Source: an uncultured Nitrospina sp.
GTDB lineage: Bacteria > Nitrospinota > Nitrospinia > Nitrospinales > VA-1
Assembly (NCBI GenBank): GCA_937891765.1
Contig: CALAGQ010000085.1
Span: 39,008-103,007 of the forward strand
Length of the DNA stretch: 64,000 nucleotides
Direction of reading: 5' to 3'
Notes under the pieces: model-generated
Told to the model about the DNA's origin: nothing
What the model saw: the letters and a program-made list of their open reading frames with translations, nothing else
Database searches by the model: none
Translations under genes and position numbers: made by a program
Part shown: positions 29,862-39,831 of the stretch, piece after piece
Position numbering within the stretch: the stretch's first letter is position 1
How the letters are laid out: each line of letters starts with the position of its first letter

Positions 29862-30509
29862 CTACCAAAATAATTTTTTAAGCTCAGAGAGATGGTCGAT
29901 GGAGCAATCGGGTTCGGCCAAGGCAATCTCTTTGGGGTCGCCCAATCCGAAGCTGACCACGCAGGTAAAAACCCCGGCACGTTTACCTGTCTCAATATCC
30001 ACCGGACTGTCGCCGACCAACACCGCTTGTTCCTGGGAACATTGGAAACGGTCGAGTAAATAGAGCAGTCCCTCAGGATCGGGTTTTTTCGATTTCAAGC
30101 TGTCGCCGCCAAGAATCGCGCCGAAGGATTCAAGACTACCCAGCGACTCCAGTATGCGCCGTACAAATTCTTCCGGTTTATTGGAGCAAATGGCCTGCTT
30201 TTTGTCGCGGAAATGATCGAGTATTTCGCGCCCTGAAGGATAGAACCGGGTATGGTTCATCAAATTTTTCGAGTAATGTTTGCGAAACAGTTTCGACGCT
30301 TGAGAAAGATCAGTATAACCCGTTCCCTCTGTCGACTGGGCCATCAACTTTTCGACGCCCTTGCCGACATATTTGCGAATGGTTTCACGGCTCAGGGTTC
30401 TTAACCCGAGTTCGTTCAAGGCAAGGTTGACAGCATCGGCAATGTCGAAAAGGGTATCGACCAGAGTGCCGTCAAAATCGTAGATAATGAGAGAGATTTT
30501 TCGTTTCAT
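29862..30509 (-). CDS. HAD-superfamily hydrolase (phosphoglycolate phosphatase-like)
   Basis: DFDGTLVDT motif I, SNKPE motif II, VGDSPVDIETG motif IV. The start is placed at MKRKISL, so that motif I sits near the N-terminus. The longer ORF runs to 30545. Confidence 0.75.
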   Translation of the reverse strand: MKRKISLIIYDFDGTLVDTLFDIADAVNLALNELGLRTLSRETIRKYVGKGVEKLMAQSTEGTGYTDLSQASKLFRKHYSKNLMNHTRFYPSGREILDHFRDKKQAICSNKPEEFVRRILESLGSLESFGAILGGDSLKSKKPDPEGLLYLLDRFQCSQEQAVLVGDSPVDIETGKRAGVFTCVVSFGLGDPKEIALAEPDCSIDHLSELKKLFW

Positions 30510-30583
30510 CTGAGAGGATGCTGAACAAAGACTCGCCATACCCACCTGAGGTATGACGGAAGATGAGTGGCTATCAACAACCT

Positions 30584-30706
30584 GAATCGCCGCGCTCCTT
30601 CCAGTCGCTCGCGATGACGACTATTGAGCCGAGACAACTCTTTGTCAGCAAAATAAAGACATTGCTAATTGCCACCGGCCGCTGGCCGGAGCCCCGCGCC
30701 TAGCGG
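30584..30706. repeat. hairpin repeat modules (locus D)
   Basis: ATCGC-N20-GCGATGAC (30585-30618). CTATTGAGCCGAGACAACTCTTTGTCAGC (30621-30649). CCGGCC-GCT-GGCCGG hairpin (30675-30689) followed by GCCCCGCGCCTAGCGGC. Confidence 0.7.
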
Positions 30707-31003
30707 CTAGTTTGATTCGTAGCGATAGGCCTTGACGATATTTTTGTCGTCGAACAAGATGACCAGCCCCTTTGATTTTCCTTCACCGATGGCCTGCCAA
30801 GTATCACGTTGATAGGTCCACATGGTGTGTTTGTTTTCGGTGCCTTCTTTGTAGGGCACGCCAAACCAGTCGAGAATTTCAACCTGGGTCGTTACATTAT
30901 TCTTAATTTTTTTGACCTGGGATCCGTCAAAATCTTTCCCGACCGTACCACAACCAACCACAAGCGTGCAAAGGGCCAGGAGGAGAACGGGTAACAGTTT
31001 CAT
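30707..31003 (-). CDS. small outer-membrane lipoprotein, BamE/SmpA-OmlA-like
   Basis: ATG 31003 is preceded by AAGGAGGA. Lipobox LVVG-C. About 80-aa mature domain with a ...QVEILDWFGVPY... pattern. Confidence 0.6.
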   Translation of the reverse strand: MKLLPVLLLALCTLVVGCGTVGKDFDGSQVKKIKNNVTTQVEILDWFGVPYKEGTENKHTMWTYQRDTWQAIGEGKSKGLVILFDDKNIVKAYRYESN

Positions 31004-31093
31004 GGGTTCCTCCTTTGTTCTGGTTAAACCTAAAGTTTGATTAAGGCGAGTGTAGCAAACCTGCAACAGAAAGTATAATTTTCATAACCTGCG

Positions 31094-32113
31094 TCAGGCA
31101 GGCTTATAAGGATGATGCTTGCGGTATTCGGTGAGAATATTTTCAACGCGCGTATAGGAGTGAGTTGGCAGTCGCCCGCCCATATGAGAAACTACCTGTG
31201 CCGCACAGTAAGAACCAATAATAGCCGAGTCCGTCAAATTTCGATCATTGATCAAGCCATAGAGAGCCCCGGCAGCATAAAGGTCTCCGGCTCCGGTGGT
31301 GTCCACCGCATCAACGGGAAAGGTGCCAACCTGCACCGGCTCATGGCCGCTTTTCCCGGCCAGAGACCCCTCGGAACCCAAGGTCAGAAACAGGGTATCC
31401 ACCCATGCCAGTAGTTTGTCGAACGCCTTTCTCGAATCGGTTTCACCTGTCATGGCCTGGGCTTCCACCTCATTACAAAATAGAATATCAACATTCCATT
31501 GGATAAAGTCCAGCAGGCTGTCTTTGAAGGTATTGACCACAAACGCGTCACTCAAAGTGAAGGCGACGGGAATGTTCTGTTGCTTGGCGAGCTTCGCCAT
31601 ATGGAGTCCGGCCTCGCGGGTTTCGTCCCCGGTCCACAAATAGCCTTCCACGTAAACCGCTTTGGCATCCCGGATGATGGTTTCATCGACATTGTCGGGA
31701 TGAAGCATGGTGGAGACGCCGAGGTTCGTCAGCATCGTGCGCTCGGCATCGGGAGTGATGAGGATCACGCAGGTGCCGGTGCCTTCATCATCGGAACCGG
31801 GCCCGATGAACCCAACCTCGCAGGTGCGCATGTCTTCTGTGTAATGCTTGCCATTATCATCGTTGGCCACACGGCCCAGGTAATAGGATTTGGCTCCCAG
31901 AACACTGGCTCCATGAATGGTGTTGGCGGCCGACCCGCCTGATGAAAGCTTGTGCGGTCTTGACTTCAGCGCATTTAAAACTTTTTCCTGATCGCTCGCA
32001 GAAGAAAGAGTCATACCCCCTTTGGTCACCGATATTTCTTCTATAAAAGCATCGTCAACCTGAACTTCAATATCAACCAGCGCGTTTCCTATCCCTACCA
32101 GATCGTAATTCAT
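31094..32113 (-). CDS. PfkB-family carbohydrate/nucleoside kinase (adenosine kinase-like)
   Basis: N-terminal GIGNALVDI and C-terminal DTTGAGDLYAAG anion-hole motif. Confidence 0.8.
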   Translation of the reverse strand: MNYDLVGIGNALVDIEVQVDDAFIEEISVTKGGMTLSSASDQEKVLNALKSRPHKLSSGGSAANTIHGASVLGAKSYYLGRVANDDNGKHYTEDMRTCEVGFIGPGSDDEGTGTCVILITPDAERTMLTNLGVSTMLHPDNVDETIIRDAKAVYVEGYLWTGDETREAGLHMAKLAKQQNIPVAFTLSDAFVVNTFKDSLLDFIQWNVDILFCNEVEAQAMTGETDSRKAFDKLLAWVDTLFLTLGSEGSLAGKSGHEPVQVGTFPVDAVDTTGAGDLYAAGALYGLINDRNLTDSAIIGSYCAAQVVSHMGGRLPTHSYTRVENILTEYRKHHPYKPA

Positions 32114-32161
32114 AAATATTTTTCGTGGTTTAAATTGTGATTATTCAGCACCAGCAGGAAT

Positions 32162-32704
32162 TTATTTCGCTGCGGATTTGATAAACATTTTATAAACGAT
32201 GAGGCCAAATAGTGTGACTCCCGCCACAAAAAAAGCGCCTCCCGATGCCTGGGCGATCAGGGCAACAGACTCTTTCGCCGCACCGGTTGACCCCATTCCA
32301 GGAGCCATGAATCCGGACAGCAGCCAGAAGACACCATACCCCAGGCTACCCAGCCCACTGAGCAGAGAGATTCCTAATTGCGCGCGGGCCGGAAAATTCA
32401 ACCAGGCCACCAGCAGTGAAAAGGCGATACTGATAACTCCCATGGTCTGAGAGTGCAGATGAGCGCGTTTCATATAGACCCATGCTTTTTTGACCACCTT
32501 GTCGGCTTTGGCCTGATCGCCCTTATAAACTCCGGATAATGCCTTGTCGGAGCTGGACTTAAAAATATCTATGATGTTGTCTTCGCAACAACCGAAAGAC
32601 AGGCCCAGCAACCCTCCAAACAGGATCGCCATCATGGCGACCAAAACTCCGTATTTGATGTGCGAAAAATCGATCACAGCTTCACCTGAAAGTTTTGTTA
32701 TCAA
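32162..32704 (-). CDS. hypothetical 4-TM membrane protein
   Basis: 180 aa, TTG start, four hydrophobic segments. No family recognised. Confidence 0.55.
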   Translation of the reverse strand: MITKLSGEAVIDFSHIKYGVLVAMMAILFGGLLGLSFGCCEDNIIDIFKSSSDKALSGVYKGDQAKADKVVKKAWVYMKRAHLHSQTMGVISIAFSLLVAWLNFPARAQLGISLLSGLGSLGYGVFWLLSGFMAPGMGSTGAAKESVALIAQASGGAFFVAGVTLFGLIVYKMFIKSAAK

Positions 32705-32747
32705 TACCCGCTTGAAGCAGGTTCGCTAATGCATCGGCATTTGTCAA

Positions 32748-32776
32748 TTGTAAAATTATTTTCAACAGAGTAGAAT
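32748..32776 (+). promoter_or_regulatory. promoter-like TTGTAA-17-TAGAAT, 8 nt upstream of the dacB ATG
   Basis: Hexamers read directly. The spacer between -10 and ATG is TTCCTCTG, with no SD. Confidence 0.4.
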
Positions 32777-32784
32777 TTCCTCTG

Positions 32785-34305
32785 ATGAAAAGTGTCAACC
32801 CTAAAGCCATAACAATTGTTGCCCTGCATGTGCTCTGTTTTTTTCTGGCGGCTCCCCTCCCCGCAAGCGCGGAAGCTCGCGAACAGGGCCTCCCGCTGTT
32901 CCAGAAGAAAGTCAAAAAAATCCTTTCCAGCTCCTGTCTGAGAAAAAATAATTTTGGCGTCAAAATTTATTCGCTGGATCGCGGCGAATCCCTTTTCGAA
33001 TTGCGCGGGGAAAAGTTATTCATTCCCGCCTCCAACTTAAAAGTTCTCACCACCGCCGTTGCGCTCGAAACCCTTGGCCCCAATTACCGTTTCCCAACAC
33101 GGCTCTATACGGATGGGACCTTGAAAGATGCCGTGTTAAACGGCAACCTTTATATCAAGGGTTATGGAGACCCTAAGTTTGTCACCGAACAAATGTGGCT
33201 GCTGGTCAACGAGTTAAAAAATCTTCCGTTGCGTAAAATCACCGGAAATATTATTGGCGACGATTCTTTCTTCGATGACAGGAAACGCGTGAAGACATGG
33301 ATCAAGAATCCGGGCGCCCAGGCCTATGAAGCTCCGTTGGGGGCACTGTCTTTCAACTTCAACACGGTCCAGGCTTATGTGAGCCCCGGCCCTAAAGCGG
33401 GGAGTAAACCAAAAATCGTGATTGAGCCTGATACCGAATACATCACTCTCGACAATCAGTCCAAAACCCTCAAGCCCGGCAAGCGCGACCGGCTGATCGT
33501 CAACCGGTTGGACCGCAATGGATTTGACGAGATCACCGTTTCAGGAGGAATCCGTCTCGGTCAGGCCCGGGCCCAGTATTTCTTAAACATTACCGACCCC
33601 ACCCTATACACTCTGAGCACACTGAAAAAATATCTGAGACATGCAGGCATCCAGTTCAAGGGAAAAATCGAACAGGCTGTGGTGCCTGAAAAAGCACTGG
33701 AATTATTAACTCACGAATCAGAACCCCTTACGTTGGCACTTCAGGGCCTCAATAAGTTCAGCAATAATTTTGTGGCGGAACAAATTTTAAAAACTATCGG
33801 GGCTGAGAAATATGGCCCGCCTGGCACCACTTTGAAAGGGCTTAAAGCTTTTGAGGAGTATCTGGCAGAACTGGGGTACCGACCGGATCAATACAAGGTT
33901 CTTGATGGTTCCGGCTTGTCCCGGCAGAACAGGTTATCGCCGCAAATGATTGTTGATATCCTCCGCTACATCAAAAATGACCTGGGAGTGTATCCGGAAT
34001 TTGTTTCCGCGCTCGGTGTGATGGGGGTAGATGGAAATGTGAAAAACAGAATGCGCGGGGTAAAAAGTCCTGAGCGGGCACGAGTTAAAACCGGAACCCT
34101 GAATTTTGTCAGCGCCCTTTCCGGTTATTTTCAATCCCGGGACGGAGAAACTTTTGCGTTCTCGATTTTGATGAATGACTTGAAATGTTCTAACGGCAGG
34201 ATCAAAAAACTACAGGACAAGATCATCCGGGAGGGATTGCGCTTTCGCCGCATTCCAACAGGCAGTGTCATTTCGGAGAAACAGGGAAACCCGGCTTCCA
34301 ATTAG
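32785..34305 (+). CDS. dacB: D-alanyl-D-alanine carboxypeptidase/endopeptidase (PBP4, peptidase S13)
   Basis: Signal peptide. SxxK (ASNLK), SxN-like DGSGLS, KTG (VKTGTL). Confidence 0.85.
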   Translation: MKSVNPKAITIVALHVLCFFLAAPLPASAEAREQGLPLFQKKVKKILSSSCLRKNNFGVKIYSLDRGESLFELRGEKLFIPASNLKVLTTAVALETLGPNYRFPTRLYTDGTLKDAVLNGNLYIKGYGDPKFVTEQMWLLVNELKNLPLRKITGNIIGDDSFFDDRKRVKTWIKNPGAQAYEAPLGALSFNFNTVQAYVSPGPKAGSKPKIVIEPDTEYITLDNQSKTLKPGKRDRLIVNRLDRNGFDEITVSGGIRLGQARAQYFLNITDPTLYTLSTLKKYLRHAGIQFKGKIEQAVVPEKALELLTHESEPLTLALQGLNKFSNNFVAEQILKTIGAEKYGPPGTTLKGLKAFEEYLAELGYRPDQYKVLDGSGLSRQNRLSPQMIVDILRYIKNDLGVYPEFVSALGVMGVDGNVKNRMRGVKSPERARVKTGTLNFVSALSGYFQSRDGETFAFSILMNDLKCSNGRIKKLQDKIIREGLRFRRIPTGSVISEKQGNPASN

Positions 34306-34326
34306 GCTCTTTAAAAATTTTCGGAG

Positions 34327-35106
34327 TTATTTGCCAAAAACCTTACTGTTTTCCTTGCGGTCTTCATCCAGGATTTTTTTCCAATCCCTTTTCACGTGAG
34401 GGGCAGCCAGAAAGTCCTCATAAATAGATTTCCCCAGTTCCATGCGGTCAATGCCTTCCGGCGCGACCTGAATATCCAATTGTGCCAGGGCCATGTCAAA
34501 ATCCCGATCCAGCAGAGAAGCGGAATCCATACCACATTCTTTCAGCGCCTGACGAACGGTAGCAGGGTCCTGACCAAAACGTCTTGCCACCTCATTGAGG
34601 TTGGAAGGCTTATATTCTTTGTTAGGGCCAATGCCCAAATGATAGGCACAGAACAGGGTGAACGCATCCAGAGACCCGGTTAACGGTTTTTCCGAAACTG
34701 ACGGACTTCTCACGTCCGCGGCGGAAGTCTCAACAGGCGGCCGTGAAGTCGGTCTTCCACTGCCACGACCCGATCTTTCCTGATAGGATGGTTTTTCCCC
34801 ACTCGGGCCACTCGGGTTACTGGCATTGTTGCGTTTTTGGCGATACGGACTCTTACCGTTTTGCGGTTTGCGGGTATTGCTTGCACCCGACTGGTTTTTG
34901 CTGCTAGCCATGCTGATGTGAGAAGTCAATGCCTGAGCAGAAGAAGGACTGGAGGAAACCCATGGATGGATTCCGCCTTTCCTCTGCCCAGAACTTTGGT
35001 TTTGATTTTGGTTTTGGTTTCTTCCGGGTGCGCTTCCCTGACGGTTTTGACTTTGAGGTTTCCGTGGGCTGCTCCCGTTCCTTCTGAATGAGCCTGTTTT
35101 TTTCAA
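34327..35106 (-). CDS. hypothetical protein: basic low-complexity N-terminal half + globular C-terminal domain with HTH-like segment
   Basis: The N-terminal ~150 aa are rich in S/P/G/N/Q/R/K and include NQNQNQNQ. The C-terminal part contains LNEVARRFGQDPATVRQALKECG. TTG start with AGGAA SD. Confidence 0.6.
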   Translation of the reverse strand: MKKTGSFRRNGSSPRKPQSQNRQGSAPGRNQNQNQNQSSGQRKGGIHPWVSSSPSSAQALTSHISMASSKNQSGASNTRKPQNGKSPYRQKRNNASNPSGPSGEKPSYQERSGRGSGRPTSRPPVETSAADVRSPSVSEKPLTGSLDAFTLFCAYHLGIGPNKEYKPSNLNEVARRFGQDPATVRQALKECGMDSASLLDRDFDMALAQLDIQVAPEGIDRMELGKSIYEDFLAAPHVKRDWKKILDEDRKENSKVFGK

Positions 35107-35167
35107 AACGCTATTCCTTTAAAAATGAGGTGGAGTTTCATAATTCTAATCATCCTCTTTGTTTTTA

Positions 35168-36976
35168 TTAATGGGTTAAGTGCTCAAGCTCATCCACCAA
35201 TGTGGAAAATTTTGCCAAAGCGGTTCTAACCGGTTCGGGTGAAAGCATATCCACCCCGGCAGACTTCAACAGGTCGATCGGGTATTTCGATCCGCCTGAT
35301 TTCAAAAATCCCAGATAGTCGTTCAACTCCGTCTCTCCGCCGGAAGTAACCCGGTCGGCCAGAGCGTAAGCTGCGGAAATGCCAGTGGCATATTTATAAA
35401 CATAGAAACTGAAATAAAAATGCGGGATGCGAAAACACTCTAACGACAGGCAATCATCCAGAACCACTGACGGACCAAAATAACGTTCCAGAAGATCCCT
35501 ATAAATCTTTTTGAAAGGTTCCAGCGTCAAAGGCTCATTGCTCTCCATCGCCTTATACACCTGATGTTCGAATTCAGCAAACATGGTCTGCCGATATAAC
35601 GTGCCGCGAAAATTATCAATCTCCCGGCAAATGAGATAAATCCGCATGTCTGGCGCAATATCCTGACTCAAAAAATGCCGGGTCAAAAGAGCTTCGTTAA
35701 AAGTCGAAGCCACCTCAGCCACAAAAATCGTGTAGTCAGAATACAGATAAGGCTGATTTTTCCTGGAATACAACGAGTGCATCGAATGCCCCGCTTCGTG
35801 TGCAAGGGTGTATGCACTGTTGATATTGTCCTCCCGGTAATTCATGAGAATGAAGGGGTTCGAATCGTAGCATCCTGAGGAATAAGCCCCGCTCCGTTTG
35901 CCTTTATTCTCATACCGGTCTGTCCAGCGCTCGACTGACAATCCGCGTGTCAGTTGTTCAACATACTCCTCACCCAAAGGGCTCAGGGCAGACTGAACCT
36001 CTTCCACCGCCTGCTCGAAGGGCATATGCCATTTCATGTCCGGCACCAGCGGAACACCGCAATCATACATATGCAGTTCGTCAAGTTTTAACAGACGTTT
36101 TCTTAAATCGAAGTATTTATAGAGCGGATCGAGGTTCTGATGCACCGATTCGATCAGGTTGTCATAAACCTCTACCGGGATATTTTCTGAAAACAACGCC
36201 TTGGCCCGGTAGCTGGGAAAGTTTTTGGCCCGCGAGTAAAACAAATCCTTTTTTATGCTTCCGGCAAGCAAAGTGGAATAGGTGTATTGATGCGACTCGT
36301 AAGCCTTGTAATAGGCATTGAAAGCATCCTGCCTGACCCTGCGGTCATAATTCTGCAGCAGGCTCTGGAAATTCCCGTGAGTGAGGGTCACCGTTTCGCC
36401 GTTTTCATCCTCAATCTCTCCCAGTTGCAGGTCGGCGTTATCGAGCATGTCGAATGCGTCCCGCATACTTCGTCCCATTTCGCCGGACGCGGCTAAAAGC
36501 GCCTCCTCCTTTTCCGAGAGCGTGTGATCGCGGTAACGCAAAACCTGCTCCAGGTGGAACCAGTAGAACTCCAGTTCCTTATCGGCCAAAAACGCAGATA
36601 TCTTATCATCCGGGATCGACATGATTTCTGACCGGATGAAACTGGACGCTCGGCTCGCTTCATTGACCAGCCTCATGACCTTTTCAAAATTCCCCTGATG
36701 AAAACTGTTGGTTTTATCCTCATCATTTTTTAGATGGGCAAACGTATAAAGCTTTTCCAACTGGCGGGAAAAGTTCATATCAAACTCCAGGCATGCCTTG
36801 AGCTTGAGAGCAGACTCCGCCAGAGTGCCGGCAAAGGAAGCGTACTTTTCAAGTCCCGCTTCAAATTCGACCAACTCGCTGGCCCAGACATCATCGGATG
36901 AATACAAGCCTGTCAAATCCCATTGGGACTCGACAGCCACTTCATCGCGTGTCAGAGTTCCTGCTTTGGCATCCAT
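35168..36976 (-). CDS. pepF: oligoendopeptidase F (M3B metallopeptidase)
   Basis: 602 aa, HEAGHSMH zinc motif, overall M3B layout. Confidence 0.9.
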   Translation of the reverse strand: MDAKAGTLTRDEVAVESQWDLTGLYSSDDVWASELVEFEAGLEKYASFAGTLAESALKLKACLEFDMNFSRQLEKLYTFAHLKNDEDKTNSFHQGNFEKVMRLVNEASRASSFIRSEIMSIPDDKISAFLADKELEFYWFHLEQVLRYRDHTLSEKEEALLAASGEMGRSMRDAFDMLDNADLQLGEIEDENGETVTLTHGNFQSLLQNYDRRVRQDAFNAYYKAYESHQYTYSTLLAGSIKKDLFYSRAKNFPSYRAKALFSENIPVEVYDNLIESVHQNLDPLYKYFDLRKRLLKLDELHMYDCGVPLVPDMKWHMPFEQAVEEVQSALSPLGEEYVEQLTRGLSVERWTDRYENKGKRSGAYSSGCYDSNPFILMNYREDNINSAYTLAHEAGHSMHSLYSRKNQPYLYSDYTIFVAEVASTFNEALLTRHFLSQDIAPDMRIYLICREIDNFRGTLYRQTMFAEFEHQVYKAMESNEPLTLEPFKKIYRDLLERYFGPSVVLDDCLSLECFRIPHFYFSFYVYKYATGISAAYALADRVTSGGETELNDYLGFLKSGGSKYPIDLLKSAGVDMLSPEPVRTALAKFSTLVDELEHLTH

Positions 36977-36991
36977 AATTCAGGATAGGAC

Positions 36992-37009
36992 GGGAAACAC
37001 AGGTTTCCC
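36992..37009 (-). terminator. stable hairpin GGGAAAC-ACAG-GTTTCCC between valS and pepF (no U-tract)
   Basis: 7-bp perfect stem read directly in the 51-nt valS-pepF gap. Confidence 0.3.
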
Positions 37010-37027
37010 AAAGGTGATTAACATTCG

Positions 37028-39679
37028 CTACCGGATTGCCTGTTCTATTGTTTTTAAATGAACTTCGAGTTTGACCTGTTTTTCCGAAAGGGTAGTTTTC
37101 CTTTTCTCATCTTTTTCGATGACGTCGGCAGGTGCCTTTTCTACAAAATTCGGGTTGGAGAGTTTCTTATCTAAAAATATGAGGTCTTTTTCAATTTTTT
37201 TCAACTCTTTTTCTATCCGGCTCCTCTCTTCCTCAAAATCCATCAGGCCTTCAAGAGGGATAATCAGGTCCATTTCTCCCAATACCGAAGATGCCGAGAC
37301 CTTGGGTTTTTCGACATCAGGGCCTATGCTAATCTGATCCACCCGGGCCAATTCACGGATAAAATCGGCGTGTTTTTTCAGAGTTGCTTCCAGATCGGCG
37401 TGGCGGGTTTTGATTAAAGCGTTTAATTTCAGCCCCGGATTGAGGTTCATCTCGCCACGAATATTTCGTATGCCTGAAATTACTTCCATCACCTTCCCCA
37501 TAGCCTCTTCCACTTCTGGCTCGCTCTTGGAAGCCTCGAATTCGGGAAAAGCACTGACCATGATGCTGTCCCCATTTTTGGGTAATTTCTGCCATATCTC
37601 TTCAGTGATAAACGGCATAAAAGGATGCAGAAGTTTCAGGGCCGCCTCCAGCACATGCACAAGAACATTTTGCGCAACTGCTTTTTCGGGGCCCTCGGTC
37701 TGCAAACGGGATTTCGTAAGCTCAATGTACCAGTCGCAGTATTCATTCCAGATGAACTTGTAAACCGCGAGGGAGGCATCATTAAACCTGAAATTTTCCA
37801 GCGCCTGATTGACTTCCTGCGTCGTGTTGTTCAGTCGGCTCAGAATCCACTGGTCGGCAATGGACTTCTCTGCCTGTTCATCCAACTGACAGCTTCCCTG
37901 ATAACCTTCCAGATTCATGAACACAAACCGGGAAGCGTTCCAGAGTTTGTTGCAGAAATTACGGTAGCCTTCAATACGATCCTCGGCAAGTTTAATGTCC
38001 CGGCCTTGAGCGGCAAAAGCCGCCAGCGTAAATCGCAACGCATCCGTTCCGTATTGTTCCATGATGGCCAAAGGATCGATCACGTTGCCCTTGGTCTTGC
38101 TCATTTTTTGTCCCTCTGCGTCGCGAATCAGAGCATGGATATAAACATGGTGGAATGGTACATCGCCCATAAATTTGATGCCCATCATGATCATGCGCGC
38201 CACCCAGAAAAACAGGATGTCAAATCCGGTACAAAGAACCGAGGTGGGATAAAACCGCTTGAGCGTTTCTGTTTTTTCCGGCCAGCCCAATGTGGAAAAC
38301 GGCCAAAGCGCAGAACTGAACCAGGTGTCGAGCACATCAGTCTCCTGCTCCAGATCCGTCGAAGAACAGGCCGAACATTTTTTTGGAGTCTCCCGGGCCA
38401 CAGTAATTTCGCCACAGCCTTTGCAGTTCCATGCGGGAATCTGATGTCCCCACCAGATTTGCCGGGAAATGCACCAGTCACGGATATTTTCCATCCACTC
38501 AAAATAAGTATTTTCCCAGAATTTCGGGACAATTTTTATAGTGCCGTCTCTCACCGCCCGTATCGCCGGTTCAGCCAAGGGCTTGGCTCTGACAAACCAT
38601 TGCTTCGATAAATAAGGCTCGACCACCGTCCGGCAACGGTAGCAATGACCGACGGAATGGGCCAGCTCTTCAATTTTCAGCAAGACTCCCGCGTCTTTTA
38701 AATCTTCCACCAGTTTCTTGCGGCATTCAAAACGGTCCATCCCTTCATAAGCCGGGCCAGCCTCGGCATTCATAGCTCCACTGGGATCCATCACGTTGAC
38801 CGATGCAAGGTTATGCCGCCGTCCGATTTCAAAGTCATTCGGATCATGGGCAGGTGTCACCTTAAGGGCACCGGTACCAAAAGAGGTGTCGACATGGCTG
38901 TCTTCGATGAGCGGGATTTCCCGGCCTACCAAAGGCAGGATTAACGTCTTGCCCTTGAATTTCGTGTAACGTTCATCTTCCGGGTTGACCGCCACCGCCG
39001 TATCCCCCAACATCGTTTCCGGTCGGGTGGTGGCAATGATGAGAGAATCGTCTCCATCTTTAAAAGGATATTTCAAATGATAAAGGTGGCCCTGCGCATC
39101 CTGATGTTCCACTTCCAGATCAGAAAGTGCCGTGCGGCAACGGGGACACCAGTTGATGATGTAGTCGCCTTTGTAAATCAGCCCCTCTTCATAAAGCGTG
39201 ACAAAAACCTCGCGCACCGCCTTGGATAATCCTTCGTCCATCGTAAAACGATCGCGCTCCCAATCCAGCGAACAGCCCAGTTTTTTCAACTGCTCAGTGA
39301 TGGTTCCTCCAGATTCGTTGCGCCACTTCCACACCCGCTCGACAAACGCCTCACGGCCCAGCTCCTGCCGGTTGGTTCCTTCTTCATGCAATTGCCGCTC
39401 GACCACGTTCTGGGTGGCAATTCCGGCATGGTCTGTGCCCGGTTGCCACAAAGCGTTAAACCCTTGCATGCGTTTCCAACGAGTCAGGATGTCCTGCAAG
39501 GTATTGTTGAAGGCATGGCCGATGTGCAGGCGCCCGGTAATATTGGGCGGTGGTATGACTATAGAAAAAGGCGGACGGTCAAGCGTCTCATCAGCGTGAT
39601 AAAAATTCTTTTCCTGCCAGAATTGTCCCCAGCGCTTTTCTACTTCTTCCGGCTCGTAATGCTTATCTAATTGAATCAT
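37028..39679 (-). CDS. valS: valine--tRNA ligase
   Basis: 883 aa. HIGH (GRLHIGHAF), KMSKS (KMSKTKGN), C-terminal coiled coil. Confidence 0.97.
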   Translation of the reverse strand: MIQLDKHYEPEEVEKRWGQFWQEKNFYHADETLDRPPFSIVIPPPNITGRLHIGHAFNNTLQDILTRWKRMQGFNALWQPGTDHAGIATQNVVERQLHEEGTNRQELGREAFVERVWKWRNESGGTITEQLKKLGCSLDWERDRFTMDEGLSKAVREVFVTLYEEGLIYKGDYIINWCPRCRTALSDLEVEHQDAQGHLYHLKYPFKDGDDSLIIATTRPETMLGDTAVAVNPEDERYTKFKGKTLILPLVGREIPLIEDSHVDTSFGTGALKVTPAHDPNDFEIGRRHNLASVNVMDPSGAMNAEAGPAYEGMDRFECRKKLVEDLKDAGVLLKIEELAHSVGHCYRCRTVVEPYLSKQWFVRAKPLAEPAIRAVRDGTIKIVPKFWENTYFEWMENIRDWCISRQIWWGHQIPAWNCKGCGEITVARETPKKCSACSSTDLEQETDVLDTWFSSALWPFSTLGWPEKTETLKRFYPTSVLCTGFDILFFWVARMIMMGIKFMGDVPFHHVYIHALIRDAEGQKMSKTKGNVIDPLAIMEQYGTDALRFTLAAFAAQGRDIKLAEDRIEGYRNFCNKLWNASRFVFMNLEGYQGSCQLDEQAEKSIADQWILSRLNNTTQEVNQALENFRFNDASLAVYKFIWNEYCDWYIELTKSRLQTEGPEKAVAQNVLVHVLEAALKLLHPFMPFITEEIWQKLPKNGDSIMVSAFPEFEASKSEPEVEEAMGKVMEVISGIRNIRGEMNLNPGLKLNALIKTRHADLEATLKKHADFIRELARVDQISIGPDVEKPKVSASSVLGEMDLIIPLEGLMDFEEERSRIEKELKKIEKDLIFLDKKLSNPNFVEKAPADVIEKDEKRKTTLSEKQVKLEVHLKTIEQAIR

Positions 39680-39831
39680 TCGATGAAAAATTTCCCTTTA
39701 CAGGCGAACATGAAATCCCCCCCCCTTTGCCTGTAACACGCAAGGAGAGCTTTAAGTGGCAACGATCTTTATATATCACTAATAATTAGGAATGAATTTC
39801 TTAAAAAGAGCGGGTCGTAAAGCGGGGCCGA

